Assembly: GCA_977017575.1 (NCBI GenBank)
Contig: CDRNVI010000029.1
Span: 806,001 to 870,000, forward strand
Reading direction: 5' to 3'
From: Paramoeba atlantica
Taxonomy: Eukaryota; Protista; Discosea
Length of the DNA stretch: 64,000 bases
Shown in pieces: positions 1-10,288 of the stretch. The translations under genes and the position numbers were made by a program. The notes under the pieces are model-generated. The model was not told where the DNA came from, searched no databases, and saw only the letters and a list, made by a program, of their open reading frames with translations. Position 1 is the first letter of the stretch. Each line of letters opens with the position of its first letter.

Positions 1-2204
1 TTGTAGTACCAGGCTACAAAACCAGCGAGGTTGCGACGTTGATTTTCGAAGGATCCGGATTCACTTGCTTCGCTTTTGCGATCGCTATAGATATCGTAGC
101 CCACGTAGATGGTGCCATTTGCTCCAAGCTCCGGAACGTTGCTCGGAATGTCAACCAGCCACAATGGCGTACCCATCTTAGCAGTCACATTCTTCGCAAT
201 GTTGTGAACATAGGGTCCTGCCGTTTTTGCCTTGCTCATCTTGTCAAAGTCTACGAATTGGGAGACGATGCCCATAGACCCCAGTTCGCTCTTCAACGTG
301 CCGTAGGCATCCTGACCACGTGTGCTGTGGCCGTTGCTGAGGACGCATAGCACAAGGGCGGGTGTACCTTCCGCAATGGCCTGGCGTACGGCATCGGTTC
401 GCACGGAGTCCAAGCATTTGTCGATAAAGTCGCGGTCGTCTTCACCACTATCGACGAAGGTGACAGGTCCTTTCGCCTTCCATACGCCACGAATGCGTTC
501 GTTGACATCCATAATTTGACGCACTAAGTCACGAGCCTTAGCACCCCAACCAAAGACTTGGTATTCTTTGCGTTCCTCGTTGAACTGAATCCGCATGGTC
601 TGGGGAGCGAAATCTTGATTCGGGCGGAGAGTCTCTGGAGAGCCAACGATCTGGACTTTGACGGTCTTCATTTCTTTCGGTTGTATGGTTTCCAATGCCG
701 CATTCTTGATCTGAAGGCAGTATCCGCTCAGGAGCTCTTTCGGTTCCTGTTCATCGAATCTCTTCACCAACTTGATACACTGATCTTGCATTTCCTCGGG
801 CATCTTGGAGCATCGCGTCGGAAGGAAGCGTCGTGCTTCAGTGCTTAATTGGTCCACAAGGACGAATTCAGGAATGAGGCGGACGCGGCCGGAGCGCTCA
901 CCCCAGATAAGAGGCTGATCCGTCTTTGTAACCTCCAACCCATACGTCTCCTTGTAGTAATCCGCATAAGAGATCGTTCGTCCGCTCTTAAGCTCGAAGA
1001 CGGACTCCACCGTCGTCCCCTTATCCACTTTGTAGACCATGTAGTTGCGCTTCCTCGTTCCGTAAGACGTCATCACCTTGAGACCCAGCAGACTGCGCGG
1101 CCCGTTCTTGTTGAGGTAGTCCAGCGCAGTTACACGTGCTTCCACATGACTTCGAGGATGAACAATGAGAACAACACCGTTGTCTGTCAACTGGAATGTT
1201 GCAAAGTAACCAGGTACCACAATCATATCGCGATACACACGTTGCCGAGTGAAATCGCAGTATATTTTTCCTGTTCGGCGAAGATCTAATGATTCCAGAA
1301 TTCGGCATAACACATGATTGTACACTTGCATCGTTTGTTCCTCATTAGAGCGGGGGTTGAGTTGCACCTTAGTGATGTCTTCTTTGCGTAGTTCCATTGT
1401 GGTCTTGAAAGATCCAAGGGAGACTTCACGTGAAAGCGGTTCTTGCAAATGTTCGGAGATATCCTCAAGGCAATAAAAGTTAGTTCCAGAGATGATCAAA
1501 TCGAGCTTCTTGAGGTATTCCTTTTCTAAGACTTGGCGAAGATATCCGAATAGAAGCTTCTTACGTTGAATTTCGCTGATGTTTTCATTTTTCTCGATGC
1601 TGAGGGGATACATGTAGACCTCCGCCTTACTGATGGAGACATTGACAGCATTCCACATTACGTCGCGGCATGGTGCACGCTGACGGAGGGCGTCACGTTC
1701 GGATGCCATCAAACGACCACGTTCCGTCCTGTCTTTATCAGCCCAGAAACGATCCCAACAGCCACTGCAACAGCGTTTATTGGGGACGTCCGCATGCTTT
1801 CCTACTCGGCATAACTTACCACAGCTGTCGCATTTGGCGTACTCGCTCCCAATGAAGGGCATCATGCTTCCGGTGCCCGGACCACCTCCCATGGGACCGC
1901 CCATCGGACGGGGACCACCGGGTGCACCACCCGGAGGGCCACCTGGTCGTCCTCCAGGAGCTGGGCCACGATCGTCTCTTCGGTAGTTGTCGTTTCGGCG
2001 ATCATCGCGGCGGTTGTCATCCCGGCGATAGTCTTGGCGCTGGTCACGCGAGCGATCGTCCCTGCGATAGTCGTCGCGACGGTCATCGCGTCGATAATCA
2101 TCACGACGGTCATCGCGCCGATAATCATCACGACGATCATCGCGCCGATAATCATCGCGCCGGTAGTCGTCACGTCGGTAGTCGTCGCGTCGATTGTAAC
2201 TCAT
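1..2204 (-). CDS. Argonaute/PIWI-family protein, 3' end beyond the window (N-terminal RRDD repeats, G/P-rich linker, CxxC-x15-CxxC, N/L1, PAZ, MID, start of PIWI domain)
   Basis: Not in the ORF track (no stop inside the window). Manual translation from ATG at 2204, frame-checked at several points, stays open to position 1 (>730 codons). L1 motif VVPGYFATFQLTDNGVVLIVHP; PAZ motif SYADYYKETYGLEVTKTDQPLI..RLIPEF; MID 5'-phosphate pocket YGTLK..GIVSQFV..NIAKNVTAKMG; PIWI start TPLWLVDIP..IYVGYDIYSD with the first catalytic Asp. Confidence 0.93.
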   Translation of the reverse strand, partial: MSYNRRDDYRRDDYRRDDYRRDDRRDDYRRDDRRDDYRRDDRRDDYRRDDRSRDQRQDYRRDDNRRDDRRNDNYRRDDRGPAPGGRPGGPPGGAPGGPRPMGGPMGGGPGTGSMMPFIGSEYAKCDSCGKLCRVGKHADVPNKRCCSGCWDRFWADKDRTERGRLMASERDALRQRAPCRDVMWNAVNVSISKAEVYMYPLSIEKNENISEIQRKKLLFGYLRQVLEKEYLKKLDLIISGTNFYCLEDISEHLQEPLSREVSLGSFKTTMELRKEDITKVQLNPRSNEEQTMQVYNHVLCRILESLDLRRTGKIYCDFTRQRVYRDMIVVPGYFATFQLTDNGVVLIVHPRSHVEARVTALDYLNKNGPRSLLGLKVMTSYGTRKRNYMVYKVDKGTTVESVFELKSGRTISYADYYKETYGLEVTKTDQPLIWGERSGRVRLIPEFVLVDQLSTEARRFLPTRCSKMPEEMQDQCIKLVKRFDEQEPKELLSGYCLQIKNAALETIQPKEMKTVKVQIVGSPETLRPNQDFAPQTMRIQFNEERKEYQVFGWGAKARDLVRQIMDVNERIRGVWKAKGPVTFVDSGEDDRDFIDKCLDSVRTDAVRQAIAEGTPALVLCVLSNGHSTRGQDAYGTLKSELGSMGIVSQFVDFDKMSKAKTAGPYVHNIAKNVTAKMGTPLWLVDIPSNVPELGANGTIYVGYDIYSDRKSEASESGSFENQRRNLAGFVAWYY
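1972..2192 (-). repeat. Coding tandem repeat, (Y)RRDD x13, in the Argonaute N-terminus
   Basis: 12/15-nt units such as tat cgg cgc gat gat, counted by translation. Confidence 0.95.
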
Positions 2205-2907
2205 AGAATTTGGTTAAAAGTAGTTAAATTTTCAGGTTCCGTTGTATGTCCTTGTTGTATCTGACATACAACAATTAGGACATAATGTCCGAGAAACGAC
2301 TTATTGATGTTGCATGTGATTAAACAGAGAAACTATGGGAGACTTTTATACATTCAGCGAATTGTGGGTTAAGTTGTTTCATATCAGCGAATCACTACAA
2401 GAGTAATCATCATGGAATTTTCTGGAGATACGTGGAAACAGTGTTTCATTGTGACAACCGGTCATCTACAGACTCTCCATTGCATTTTTATCCCCCCAGA
2501 CCCTTTTTTCATTCATTCTCGAGCCAGCAATCCTTCGGAGGTTTCACCTGCTTCGGATTCCGCTCCTTCGATTTCAAGTCCTTCAATCAAGACTTCCCCA
2601 AGTCAGCGAGATCGGATCGCAATCCCTGGACATAGCTACAACAATAATTGTTGTAATATTAATTGGTTAAAAGTAGCTAAGAAGAAAGAAATTAGTGACA
2701 AAGTTTATTGAAATTGTTCATGAGATGAAACCACAGGACCTTTTGAAGCTGAGTGAGCCGGCATAAAATATGGGAAATACATGTATGCATAGACCATGAG
2801 GCTGGTATAGAAGGCGAGTGTGCACTGTTTGGATGTAGTGCGTGAGTTTTTATTGTAGTGGCATGGGCGAAATGAATCTTCGGGAAATGTACAGAAGTTC
2901 CATGTAG

Positions 2908-4860
2908 TTATTCGACCCATCCTGTTAGCCACGTTAATGAATTACTTTGTGAAACTGAAGGTTCATCAGAACCGTTTCGTGTTGCATCATCAGAAAGCTT
3001 TCGATTAGGAGCTTGTGACGGTTCTTTTTTAAGCATAGGAGGCGGAAGGACATGATTAAATCCCTTTAAGATTTCTGGGTGCCAGGGCAACTGTGATGTT
3101 GCTATGCGTCGACGATTAATCGGAAAAGGGAGGCCATGAGTTGATTTGCCTGTACTTATGTCATTCCTGGGAGAATGAGATTCTGTGATTCCTGATTCTT
3201 TTGAAACTTGCGCAGAATTAAACTTTTCCCAATTAAGGTAAGATCCTGCGCTCCATTGCCTAGTGAATAGATCATCACTAAAAGACAAGATAAACCAGTT
3301 GGTAGTTTGACATGTATGTGATTCAGGTGGGTAGAAGTCTGCGGTGTCTGGATAAGTGTCGATGGGACCCAAACAGTGAATGTCTAACTCCAGACAAGGG
3401 TTCACGTGTTGTTCAGGTGGCGTACTGACTTCGACCCCGTCTTCACTGACAAGAAAGGTACAATTTCGTAACACAGAAGAGCTGGCATCCTGTTCGCTAG
3501 AATCCTTGGGAATGAATCTGTCTGCTTCGGTACAAGGTAACAGCTGTGTGCGAACAGGATCTGGTAAGCACTCGGGATAGGTTACATAGCGTGCTAGCGT
3601 TGGATCCAATTTTATAATGTATCGATACATAGAATGATCAATGGACTCTGGAGCAAGCACACAGTTCCTACCGCCGCCCGATACATTATTACTATTACGG
3701 TTTAAGGCGCCCAAAGCGTCCATAGTTTCTTGTCTTTTGAGCTGCAGGGAGGTATGTATTCCCTTTGACTTCAGATAGTTACCTTCTGATTCCATGTTTT
3801 TGAATGCTCGATTCAACAAAGGGTCTTGGCGTCTCGCATAACTCTGAAAGAAAAGGAGTACATGAAGCACTACCATAGTATATTGACAATGTAACGCAAG
3901 AACACGTAGCCCATTGATTTCTTGTGAAGAATATCGAAGCCAAGTTCGATGGTGAAGTTCAACTTCCTGAGACCATAGAAAATGCTGCAACTCCCCAATA
4001 ATAGCTTCGAAAATATCTGGCCTTGTAAAAACAGAACCACTTTTGTTCGTCGTCAAAACCTGGTCTAGGTCCAAAAACCGATACGCAGTTTCAAACGCTG
4101 CGTTGCTGGTTATTCTAGAACACAGGTCGATACATAAAGATGGATCCGAGCCTATTAGTGCGCTGATAATTTCAAAGCTAATGCAGTAGATTGTTTGATC
4201 ACCAATCCACTCCATTCGGTCGAACGCATGACGCTCGTCATCGTAGCTCACGGAAAAGTTAAGGATACCGTAGCGAATGAGGAGGCTCAACGCTTTTCGA
4301 AGGTTCAAACCAGTGAGAACAAGGTCTGTAGGATCGCATAAATCGGGAATGAGCGGAAAAGGTGATGCAGTAGTGCAGCGCCTTTCGGATGATACATGAC
4401 AATAAAGATTTACTGGATATCTACCAAAAGCGAGGAAAGCCCATCTACGTAGAACGCTCTCTCTGCGATGATACGGATATAGTGATAAGAAAGTTTTATA
4501 CATTATACGAGATGTATCGTGTCCTCCAGTTGTCAGATGCTCTCTCAAACCTTTATCTGCCATTGAGTTGCACATCCAACACCAATCTCGTTCAGATTCG
4601 TACCAGAATTCCTTCGAAAAAAAGTAGCAATCAGGGTGCGGATAGGCTTCAAGAAAATCCTCTATGAAAACTTTACCATCAATTGATCTTCTGTCATCAA
4701 ATTTAGAACTCGTTGTATCTATTCTTGGGTAAGGCTGAGATTCACAATTTCCATCAATTGAAAAGTTGTTTCGCTTACCTTCAGCGAAAGGAGAATTTCG
4801 ATTATCACTCTTTTCTTCAAGCTTAGAAGCCAGCAGCCCTCTCGAAGTGCTGAGTAACAT
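2908..4860 (-). CDS. RNA-editing endonuclease of the KREN1/2/3 type (U1-like zinc finger + RNase III)
   Basis: C-x2-C-x10-H-x5-H finger WCWMCNSMADKGLREHLTTGGH; RNase III signature FDRMEWIGD and second motif PDIFEAIIGEL with all four acidic catalytic positions. ATG at 4860 gives a presequence-like MLLSTSRGLLASK (the track extends to 5088). Which KREN paralogue is unresolved. Confidence 0.82.
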   Translation of the reverse strand: MLLSTSRGLLASKLEEKSDNRNSPFAEGKRNNFSIDGNCESQPYPRIDTTSSKFDDRRSIDGKVFIEDFLEAYPHPDCYFFSKEFWYESERDWCWMCNSMADKGLREHLTTGGHDTSRIMYKTFLSLYPYHRRESVLRRWAFLAFGRYPVNLYCHVSSERRCTTASPFPLIPDLCDPTDLVLTGLNLRKALSLLIRYGILNFSVSYDDERHAFDRMEWIGDQTIYCISFEIISALIGSDPSLCIDLCSRITSNAAFETAYRFLDLDQVLTTNKSGSVFTRPDIFEAIIGELQHFLWSQEVELHHRTWLRYSSQEINGLRVLALHCQYTMVVLHVLLFFQSYARRQDPLLNRAFKNMESEGNYLKSKGIHTSLQLKRQETMDALGALNRNSNNVSGGGRNCVLAPESIDHSMYRYIIKLDPTLARYVTYPECLPDPVRTQLLPCTEADRFIPKDSSEQDASSSVLRNCTFLVSEDGVEVSTPPEQHVNPCLELDIHCLGPIDTYPDTADFYPPESHTCQTTNWFILSFSDDLFTRQWSAGSYLNWEKFNSAQVSKESGITESHSPRNDISTGKSTHGLPFPINRRRIATSQLPWHPEILKGFNHVLPPPMLKKEPSQAPNRKLSDDATRNGSDEPSVSQSNSLTWLTGWVE

Positions 4861-5598
4861 TTCTCGTAACGCCGAATTTGAAGACAAAGAAACTGAGTAA
4901 GAAGGGACAGGAGAATTTATAAAGTGACAAGGTTGGGCAACATTACTGTCGTCCTGCACCCCGGAAATATGTGTGGAATATCGAGTTCGTCTGGTATCAA
5001 AAATATAGCTCACTTCAAAAGGCACCAGAAAACATATTCGGTTTCTAATGGCGGCTTGATAAGCCCACGACTGCACCGTCAACTTCATTTCTTAAAATCG
5101 AGTCTGTAGAGTCTGGAAATGAGTTGCCAAAGGATCATTTTTTGAAGGCTTAGCTCTGGCAACTTTTGTACGTGAACGTGCTTACATACCTCAAACTTTC
5201 GCTTACGTGCATCAAACTTTGCAAAACGGATAAAGACAGCTATTCGAACAGTTCTTTCGATATTGCGGGATCGATATTGCACGTACGATATCTTATATTG
5301 TACAAATATTAAAAAAATGGCCTGCTGTATACCTACAGTGCCGGTTTCATTCTCAAAATACATCGATTTCCGAAACACATGTTTCGGCATTGTGCGATAT
5401 TGACTGCATTAGTAATATACAGGTATACTTATACAGGTGTATATTCGTACATGTGAATTTACACATTTTGCGAAACATATTTACAATTTACGAAACAAAT
5501 ATCCTGACGTTGCTGAAGTTCTAGATTAGAAGTTTGGTCGTTGCGTGATAGTGAAAATGTGCATTTTCATTGGCAACACGAAAGTGAACTCAGATGAA

Positions 5599-6696
5599 TT
5601 AATAATCCGTCCTCCTTAAGTCACTACCTTCGCTGAGGAAGAGCTCTCCGACACATGAAATTTTGTTATCCCTCCATGTACCCGTAAATCGAGTTCCATC
5701 GGGAAGCGTCACTGTGGCCTTCCCTTCCTTGCACCCCTTCACCCATTCACCGTCATAGACGCTGCCATCGGGGAGGTACAGCTTCCCACTTCCATGTCTT
5801 AACTCGTCCTTACACTGCCCCTCATATCGAGCCTTGTTGTTATACACCGTGACCCCTTTGCCATAAGGTGCATCATCGCGCCACTCCCCTTTATAGCGGT
5901 TGCCGTTCGCGTAGCGCAACACGCCGCGGCCATGCTTTTTCCCCTCGACCCAGTTTCCGCGGTAGGTATCCCCCTCCGCGTAGGCAAGCGTTCCAGTGCC
6001 ATGAGCCTTGTCCTCCCGCCACTCCCCTTCGTAGCGCTGTCCGTTGGCATAGACCAACGTCCCGGTACCGTGCTTGGCATCCGCACGCCACTCCCCCTCA
6101 TAGACGTTTCCGTTCGGAAACCGGTACACCCCCTTCCCCTGCATCTTATCCTCCACCCAATCCCCATCATAGACCCCACCATCGGCGTAGTGATAAACTC
6201 CACGACCATGCATCTTTCCCTCTCGCCACATCCCCTCATAGTACTCCACAACTGTCCCCGCACGGGTACTACCACCACCACCGCGGCTGCCATAACTCAC
6301 CTTCCCCTTTCCATGTCTCTTATCCTCCCGCCACTCCCCCTCATACCGGTCCCCGTTCGCGTAGAGGTAGCTCCCGGTGCCGTGCATCTTCCCGTCCCGC
6401 CACTCCCCCTCATAGACATCCCCGTCGGCGTGCTCGAGTGTGCCGTTGCCGTTAATCCGGCCAAAGACCCAGGTTCCGGAGTACCGATTGCCGCTGGCGT
6501 AGCGACACACCCCGGTGCCATGGACTTTGTCCTCGACCCAGTCCCCAGTGTAGACGGAGCCGTCGGCGTACTCGTACCGGCCGTTGCCGTGGCGCTTGCC
6601 GTAGACCCACTGGCCGTTGTACTTTTCCTTGTTCGGGTAGACCAGACACCCGGAGCCGTGCATCTGACCGTTTTCAATCTCCCCTTGGTAGTGCAT
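5599..6696 (-). CDS. MORN1: All-MORN-repeat protein, orthologue of trypanosomatid MORN1
   Basis: About 15 tandem 23-aa YxGxWxxxxxHGxG repeats. N-terminus MHYQGEIENGQMHGSGCLVYPNKEKY and C-terminus GELFLSEGSDLRRTDY match my recollection of T. brucei MORN1. 365 aa from ATG 6696. Confidence 0.9.
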   Translation of the reverse strand: MHYQGEIENGQMHGSGCLVYPNKEKYNGQWVYGKRHGNGRYEYADGSVYTGDWVEDKVHGTGVCRYASGNRYSGTWVFGRINGNGTLEHADGDVYEGEWRDGKMHGTGSYLYANGDRYEGEWREDKRHGKGKVSYGSRGGGGSTRAGTVVEYYEGMWREGKMHGRGVYHYADGGVYDGDWVEDKMQGKGVYRFPNGNVYEGEWRADAKHGTGTLVYANGQRYEGEWREDKAHGTGTLAYAEGDTYRGNWVEGKKHGRGVLRYANGNRYKGEWRDDAPYGKGVTVYNNKARYEGQCKDELRHGSGKLYLPDGSVYDGEWVKGCKEGKATVTLPDGTRFTGTWRDNKISCVGELFLSEGSDLRRTDY

Positions 6697-6984
6697 GCGA
6701 AATGGGGAGGGTTGTAGGGGATGAGAAAGAACTTGAATGAGAAGAGGGTAAAGGGGTAATTTGCAAAGGTAAAGGATGGAGGGTATATACAATATACATG
6801 TATGTAAGTTGGAGAAAAGTGATAGTGACAAATCAAATGAAGAGATATGCTTTCTTTAATGCTGGATGGTTACGCATAGCAAACAAAAATGAGCCAGCCT
6901 GCCTTATGATAGGAACATAGAAAAGAGGCCGTCGTTAAAATCATTGTTACTAAGTGGAGGCGAAACGTGTTTTAAGGCACCTAA

Positions 6985-8232
6985 TCATGTGGATGGATGA
7001 GCCTTCAGAACCCCGTCTTGCAAAGCAAAAGGAGAATCTTGAAAAATCGCTTCTGATTTATGCTCTGACTTTGGTGTTTTGATTTGCGTCACTTTTTTCG
7101 AAGCTTGATTTTGCTGTTCACGGTTATAGTCCATTATACGGCGGAGCAACTTGGACAGCATTTCGGTCCAGTTAAAATCCTTTGTTGTGTAGTCCACAAA
7201 TTTACCCTCAGGATCCATTAGGTAGTGAATAATGCTGTGATCAACAAGGTAATCAGTGGGACTTGTGCTTTCATCCGAAATAGAAAAATAGACACGATAG
7301 GCTCTTGCTACTCTTTCAATGTCTTCTAAATTCCCAGTCAACGCCAATATACGTGGATGGAAGTCGCTGATATATTCTTTTAGTACATCAGGTGTGTCTC
7401 GTTCAGGATCTACCGTAATAAATACAGGCTGCCATATTTCTTTTCCGATCTTTTTATCGAGTTGAGTAATCATGCGGGTCAGTTTCTGCATCTCGTTCGG
7501 ACATATGTCTGGACAGTTCGAGAAGCCAAAATAGATGTACAGCCATTTCCCCCTGAGATCTGTGTCCTTAACTATTTTTCCGTTCGTATCAATCAATTCA
7601 AACGGACCCCCTATAGAAGGACCTCCTGGTTGATCAAAGGTTCGTATTTGTCGAATTCGTGGATCAAATCTACGGCGTTCGTTACGTAAACGAAAGCACA
7701 CTATAACATATCCCACTGTGGCAGCAAGAAAAAGGAGTGCATAGAGCATCCAAATAGGATTATCGGTAAACTCGTCCAATGCAGTGAAGATTTTTTGTAC
7801 TGATGTCTTCATTGCACTGTCCTCTCGGTCAAGGTATTCTTGCAAAGTATACACCGTGTAGGGCCTATCCTGTACAGAACCTTTTTGTGCATCATATAGC
7901 TCCAATTCATCGTCCCCGGCATCTGTGCGCCGTGCCCATCGTACTGAAGTTCTCCACAGGGAAAAAGACGCGAAATGGGGCCTGTATCGGCCTGGCACCT
8001 CACCAGAGGATTGCGTCAAGATCTGTGGGGTGTGAGATCTAAAAGAGAAATTAGCAGGGGTAGATGAATATACACGATCTTTCAACTTGCCGTAACTCAA
8101 ACCAAAAAGTAAATTTCGTTTGCTTACGGAAGTTGAGCATCCTTTCTTGAAAGCTTTGTCTACAAAACAGATCCCATCAGACTGACCACACTGCCCATTA
8201 GGAAGGCCAGATCTTCTAGCAAGAAGATTCAT
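6985..8232 (-). CDS. SCO1: SCO1/SenC cytochrome c oxidase copper chaperone
   Basis: TM helix, then IGGPFELIDTNG, YFGFSNCPDICPNE (CxxxC), VFITVDPERDT, YLVDHS; long presequence-like N-terminus. ATG 8232 preferred over the track start at 8364. Confidence 0.95.
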   Translation of the reverse strand: MNLLARRSGLPNGQCGQSDGICFVDKAFKKGCSTSVSKRNLLFGLSYGKLKDRVYSSTPANFSFRSHTPQILTQSSGEVPGRYRPHFASFSLWRTSVRWARRTDAGDDELELYDAQKGSVQDRPYTVYTLQEYLDREDSAMKTSVQKIFTALDEFTDNPIWMLYALLFLAATVGYVIVCFRLRNERRRFDPRIRQIRTFDQPGGPSIGGPFELIDTNGKIVKDTDLRGKWLYIYFGFSNCPDICPNEMQKLTRMITQLDKKIGKEIWQPVFITVDPERDTPDVLKEYISDFHPRILALTGNLEDIERVARAYRVYFSISDESTSPTDYLVDHSIIHYLMDPEGKFVDYTTKDFNWTEMLSKLLRRIMDYNREQQNQASKKVTQIKTPKSEHKSEAIFQDSPFALQDGVLKAHPST

Positions 8233-8529
8233 CTTATGGGAACACCAAATATTATGGCAACGCCGTATTAAGACATTACTGTAAACAACCGCAACAGGAA
8301 AGTGATAAAAGGCTAAGAAAAAAAGAAATAGCATAATTTTAACAAAAAAAATCCAATATTTCAAAAAATTAGGAGTTTTTTATCAAATATAGTTTCTTAT
8401 TTTTTGAATATATCCAATCCTCACATGATGTGCGGGAACCAAGTGTCGCGCAACGTACTTCAAAAACAGAACAATACATTTTGTTCACTACATAAAGAGC
8501 ACTTTTTTTTCCTTCAGCCCCCGAGCCCA

Positions 8530-9445
8530 TTAGCGCACGCCCCTACGGTACCAATTTTGTACCGCGGCATGCGCTATCTGGGCGTTCCCCTTTTGGATGG
8601 CTACCCCGATTGCCATGATAAAGTGGCTGAGGCAACCATTCTTCTCGCCTGTGGCCTTCCGAGCGACCAGATTTAGAAACTGGGGGGTCTCGGGGACGGG
8701 GACACCGTACGTGGTGAAGGCCAGCGGGAAGAAATCCATCTTCCTGGCCCCCGCCATTTCTTCGTGAGTACGCCTTTTGAGGCGTTCGGCCTGTCTCACG
8801 GTGAAGGAGGGGTCTGCTGCCTCCTTGTCCACATAAGACGGTGCCAGTGGGTTCACCACCGTCACGTCTACGAGGACGAGCTTCCGCCCCAAAAGGAAAC
8901 AGATGTCCGGTCCCCGCCCGTTGTCGAACCTAGGTTCGACTAGGTCCGGGGAGAATCCGTACTGGGTCAGTAGGTTCCTGAAGGTTTCCTTAACCCCCTT
9001 ATGGCGAGAGGCCTGTGTCTTGCCACGAAACTTTTTGCAATCCATGGCATGGACGCAGAAATCCTCGTTTTTGAGGGCTGCGCCACACACACATTGGATC
9101 TCAGGTTCGGAGGTGGGGGCCACCATGTACCGGAGCCTAGCGGCGGTCTCCTATTCGGGATCCCGCATGTAGTACTCCGGCCTGTTCGGCCACGCGTTCA
9201 TCCACTTGGTGGAGTGGGTGTTCTGGATCTGTCGCATGCAGACCAGATGCGTGGCCGACGGTGCCTTGTCCATAGCCGCCGCCCCATAAGCGCTGCTCCC
9301 TGGCTGGGGTGCCAGGGGATCGGCCTTGTAAGGCCTTGACGGCTTTGGCCTGCATGTCCTCCGCCTTGTCTTCGAAGGGGATGGTGCCCAGGAAGTCCGC
9401 CGTAAAAAGTTTGTTTGCGAACGGCGTCGTTCCTATTGCACCCAT
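8530..9445 (-). mobile_element. 5'-truncated, decayed CRE/SLACS-clade non-LTR retrotransposon (zinc knuckle + restriction-like endonuclease)
   Basis: STKWMNAWPNRPEYYMRDPE*ETAARLRY (premature TAG near 9151), CVCG..HAMDC, SRH, EPR..GRGPD..VDVTV, FFPLAFTTYG; a frameshift near 9330. No RT domain present. Confidence 0.85.
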
Positions 9446-9451
9446 CCCCCC

Positions 9452-10288
9452 TATAGTTTATAGTGTTTCAAGAAAATGTGTAGTACTATTAACCTCGTTT
9501 ATAGTACTATAAACACTATGTAGTACTATAAAAACTATATGGTGTTTATCAGTGTTTCATGTCCAGAAAGGCGCGCGGTAGACAGATCGGTCGATGGACC
9601 TGGAGGAATTTCGCGGGGCAGGAGAGAGCCGATGAAGGTGTAGAGGCTTAGAGGGGTCACGTGATGTCAGGTGGAGCAAGTGGTGTGGATACGCTGACGC
9701 GTAGAAAAACGTGAAAAGAGTTGTAGTTTTTGTGCAGAAATGGAAAAAGACGGGATCCTATAGCTCACAACACGCATTACAGTTGTCCTTCAACGAGTTC
9801 CCGTTAGATCACTCGTTGAATCCTAGACGTGGCGTATTCAATGGCAAGATAAAACACAAAAACACATCGCAGAGCCTGCAAGATTCAATATCTGCAAAAT
9901 TCATAATCTTTTGAAGAAATTTGAAGAATCACTTACCCGCTATTTCACATTTATACATTATATTTCGGCAGGAAAGGCGACCTAAAAAGACAAGGCGTTT
10001 GGGCTGGAACACATCTGAAATTAAAGTAGGCGGACTTCCCCATCGACCTCAACGAAGTGTGAAACCACGACGCTTGTTGAGCATAATGATGAGAAAAATA
10101 GTGAGAAATCTTTCAAGAAAACGGGAGGGATAAAAATAAATTGCGTCGAGTCGGCATTTCAAGCAAAACGTTCAGAAAAAATTTACTAAGAAAAATAGTA
10201 AAAAATATAGTTTTTATATATAGTGTTTCAAAGTTTATAGTACTATAATAGTACTATAAAATAGTTTTTGTAGTTTTACGGACCTCTG
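9452..10288. mobile_element. Non-autonomous hAT-like element, copy 1 (left tip missing)
   Basis: 9483-9772 aligns with 35621-35908 and 10182-10288 aligns with 36726-36822. Ends in the family terminus ...ttttacggacctctg; subterminal TATAGTACTATA/TAGTACTA palindromes. Confidence 0.8.

Noticed and set aside
39-2264. Small plus- and minus-strand ORFs listed in the track at the left end
   Set aside because: All overlap the Argonaute frame, which explains the region.
5085-5390. 101-aa minus-strand ORF
   Set aside because: AT-rich intergenic composition, no motif; cannot be supported.
5799-6836. Long overlapping ORFs (195, 261, 179, 164 aa) over MORN1
   Set aside because: Shadow frames of a GC-rich repetitive gene; low-complexity products with no motifs.
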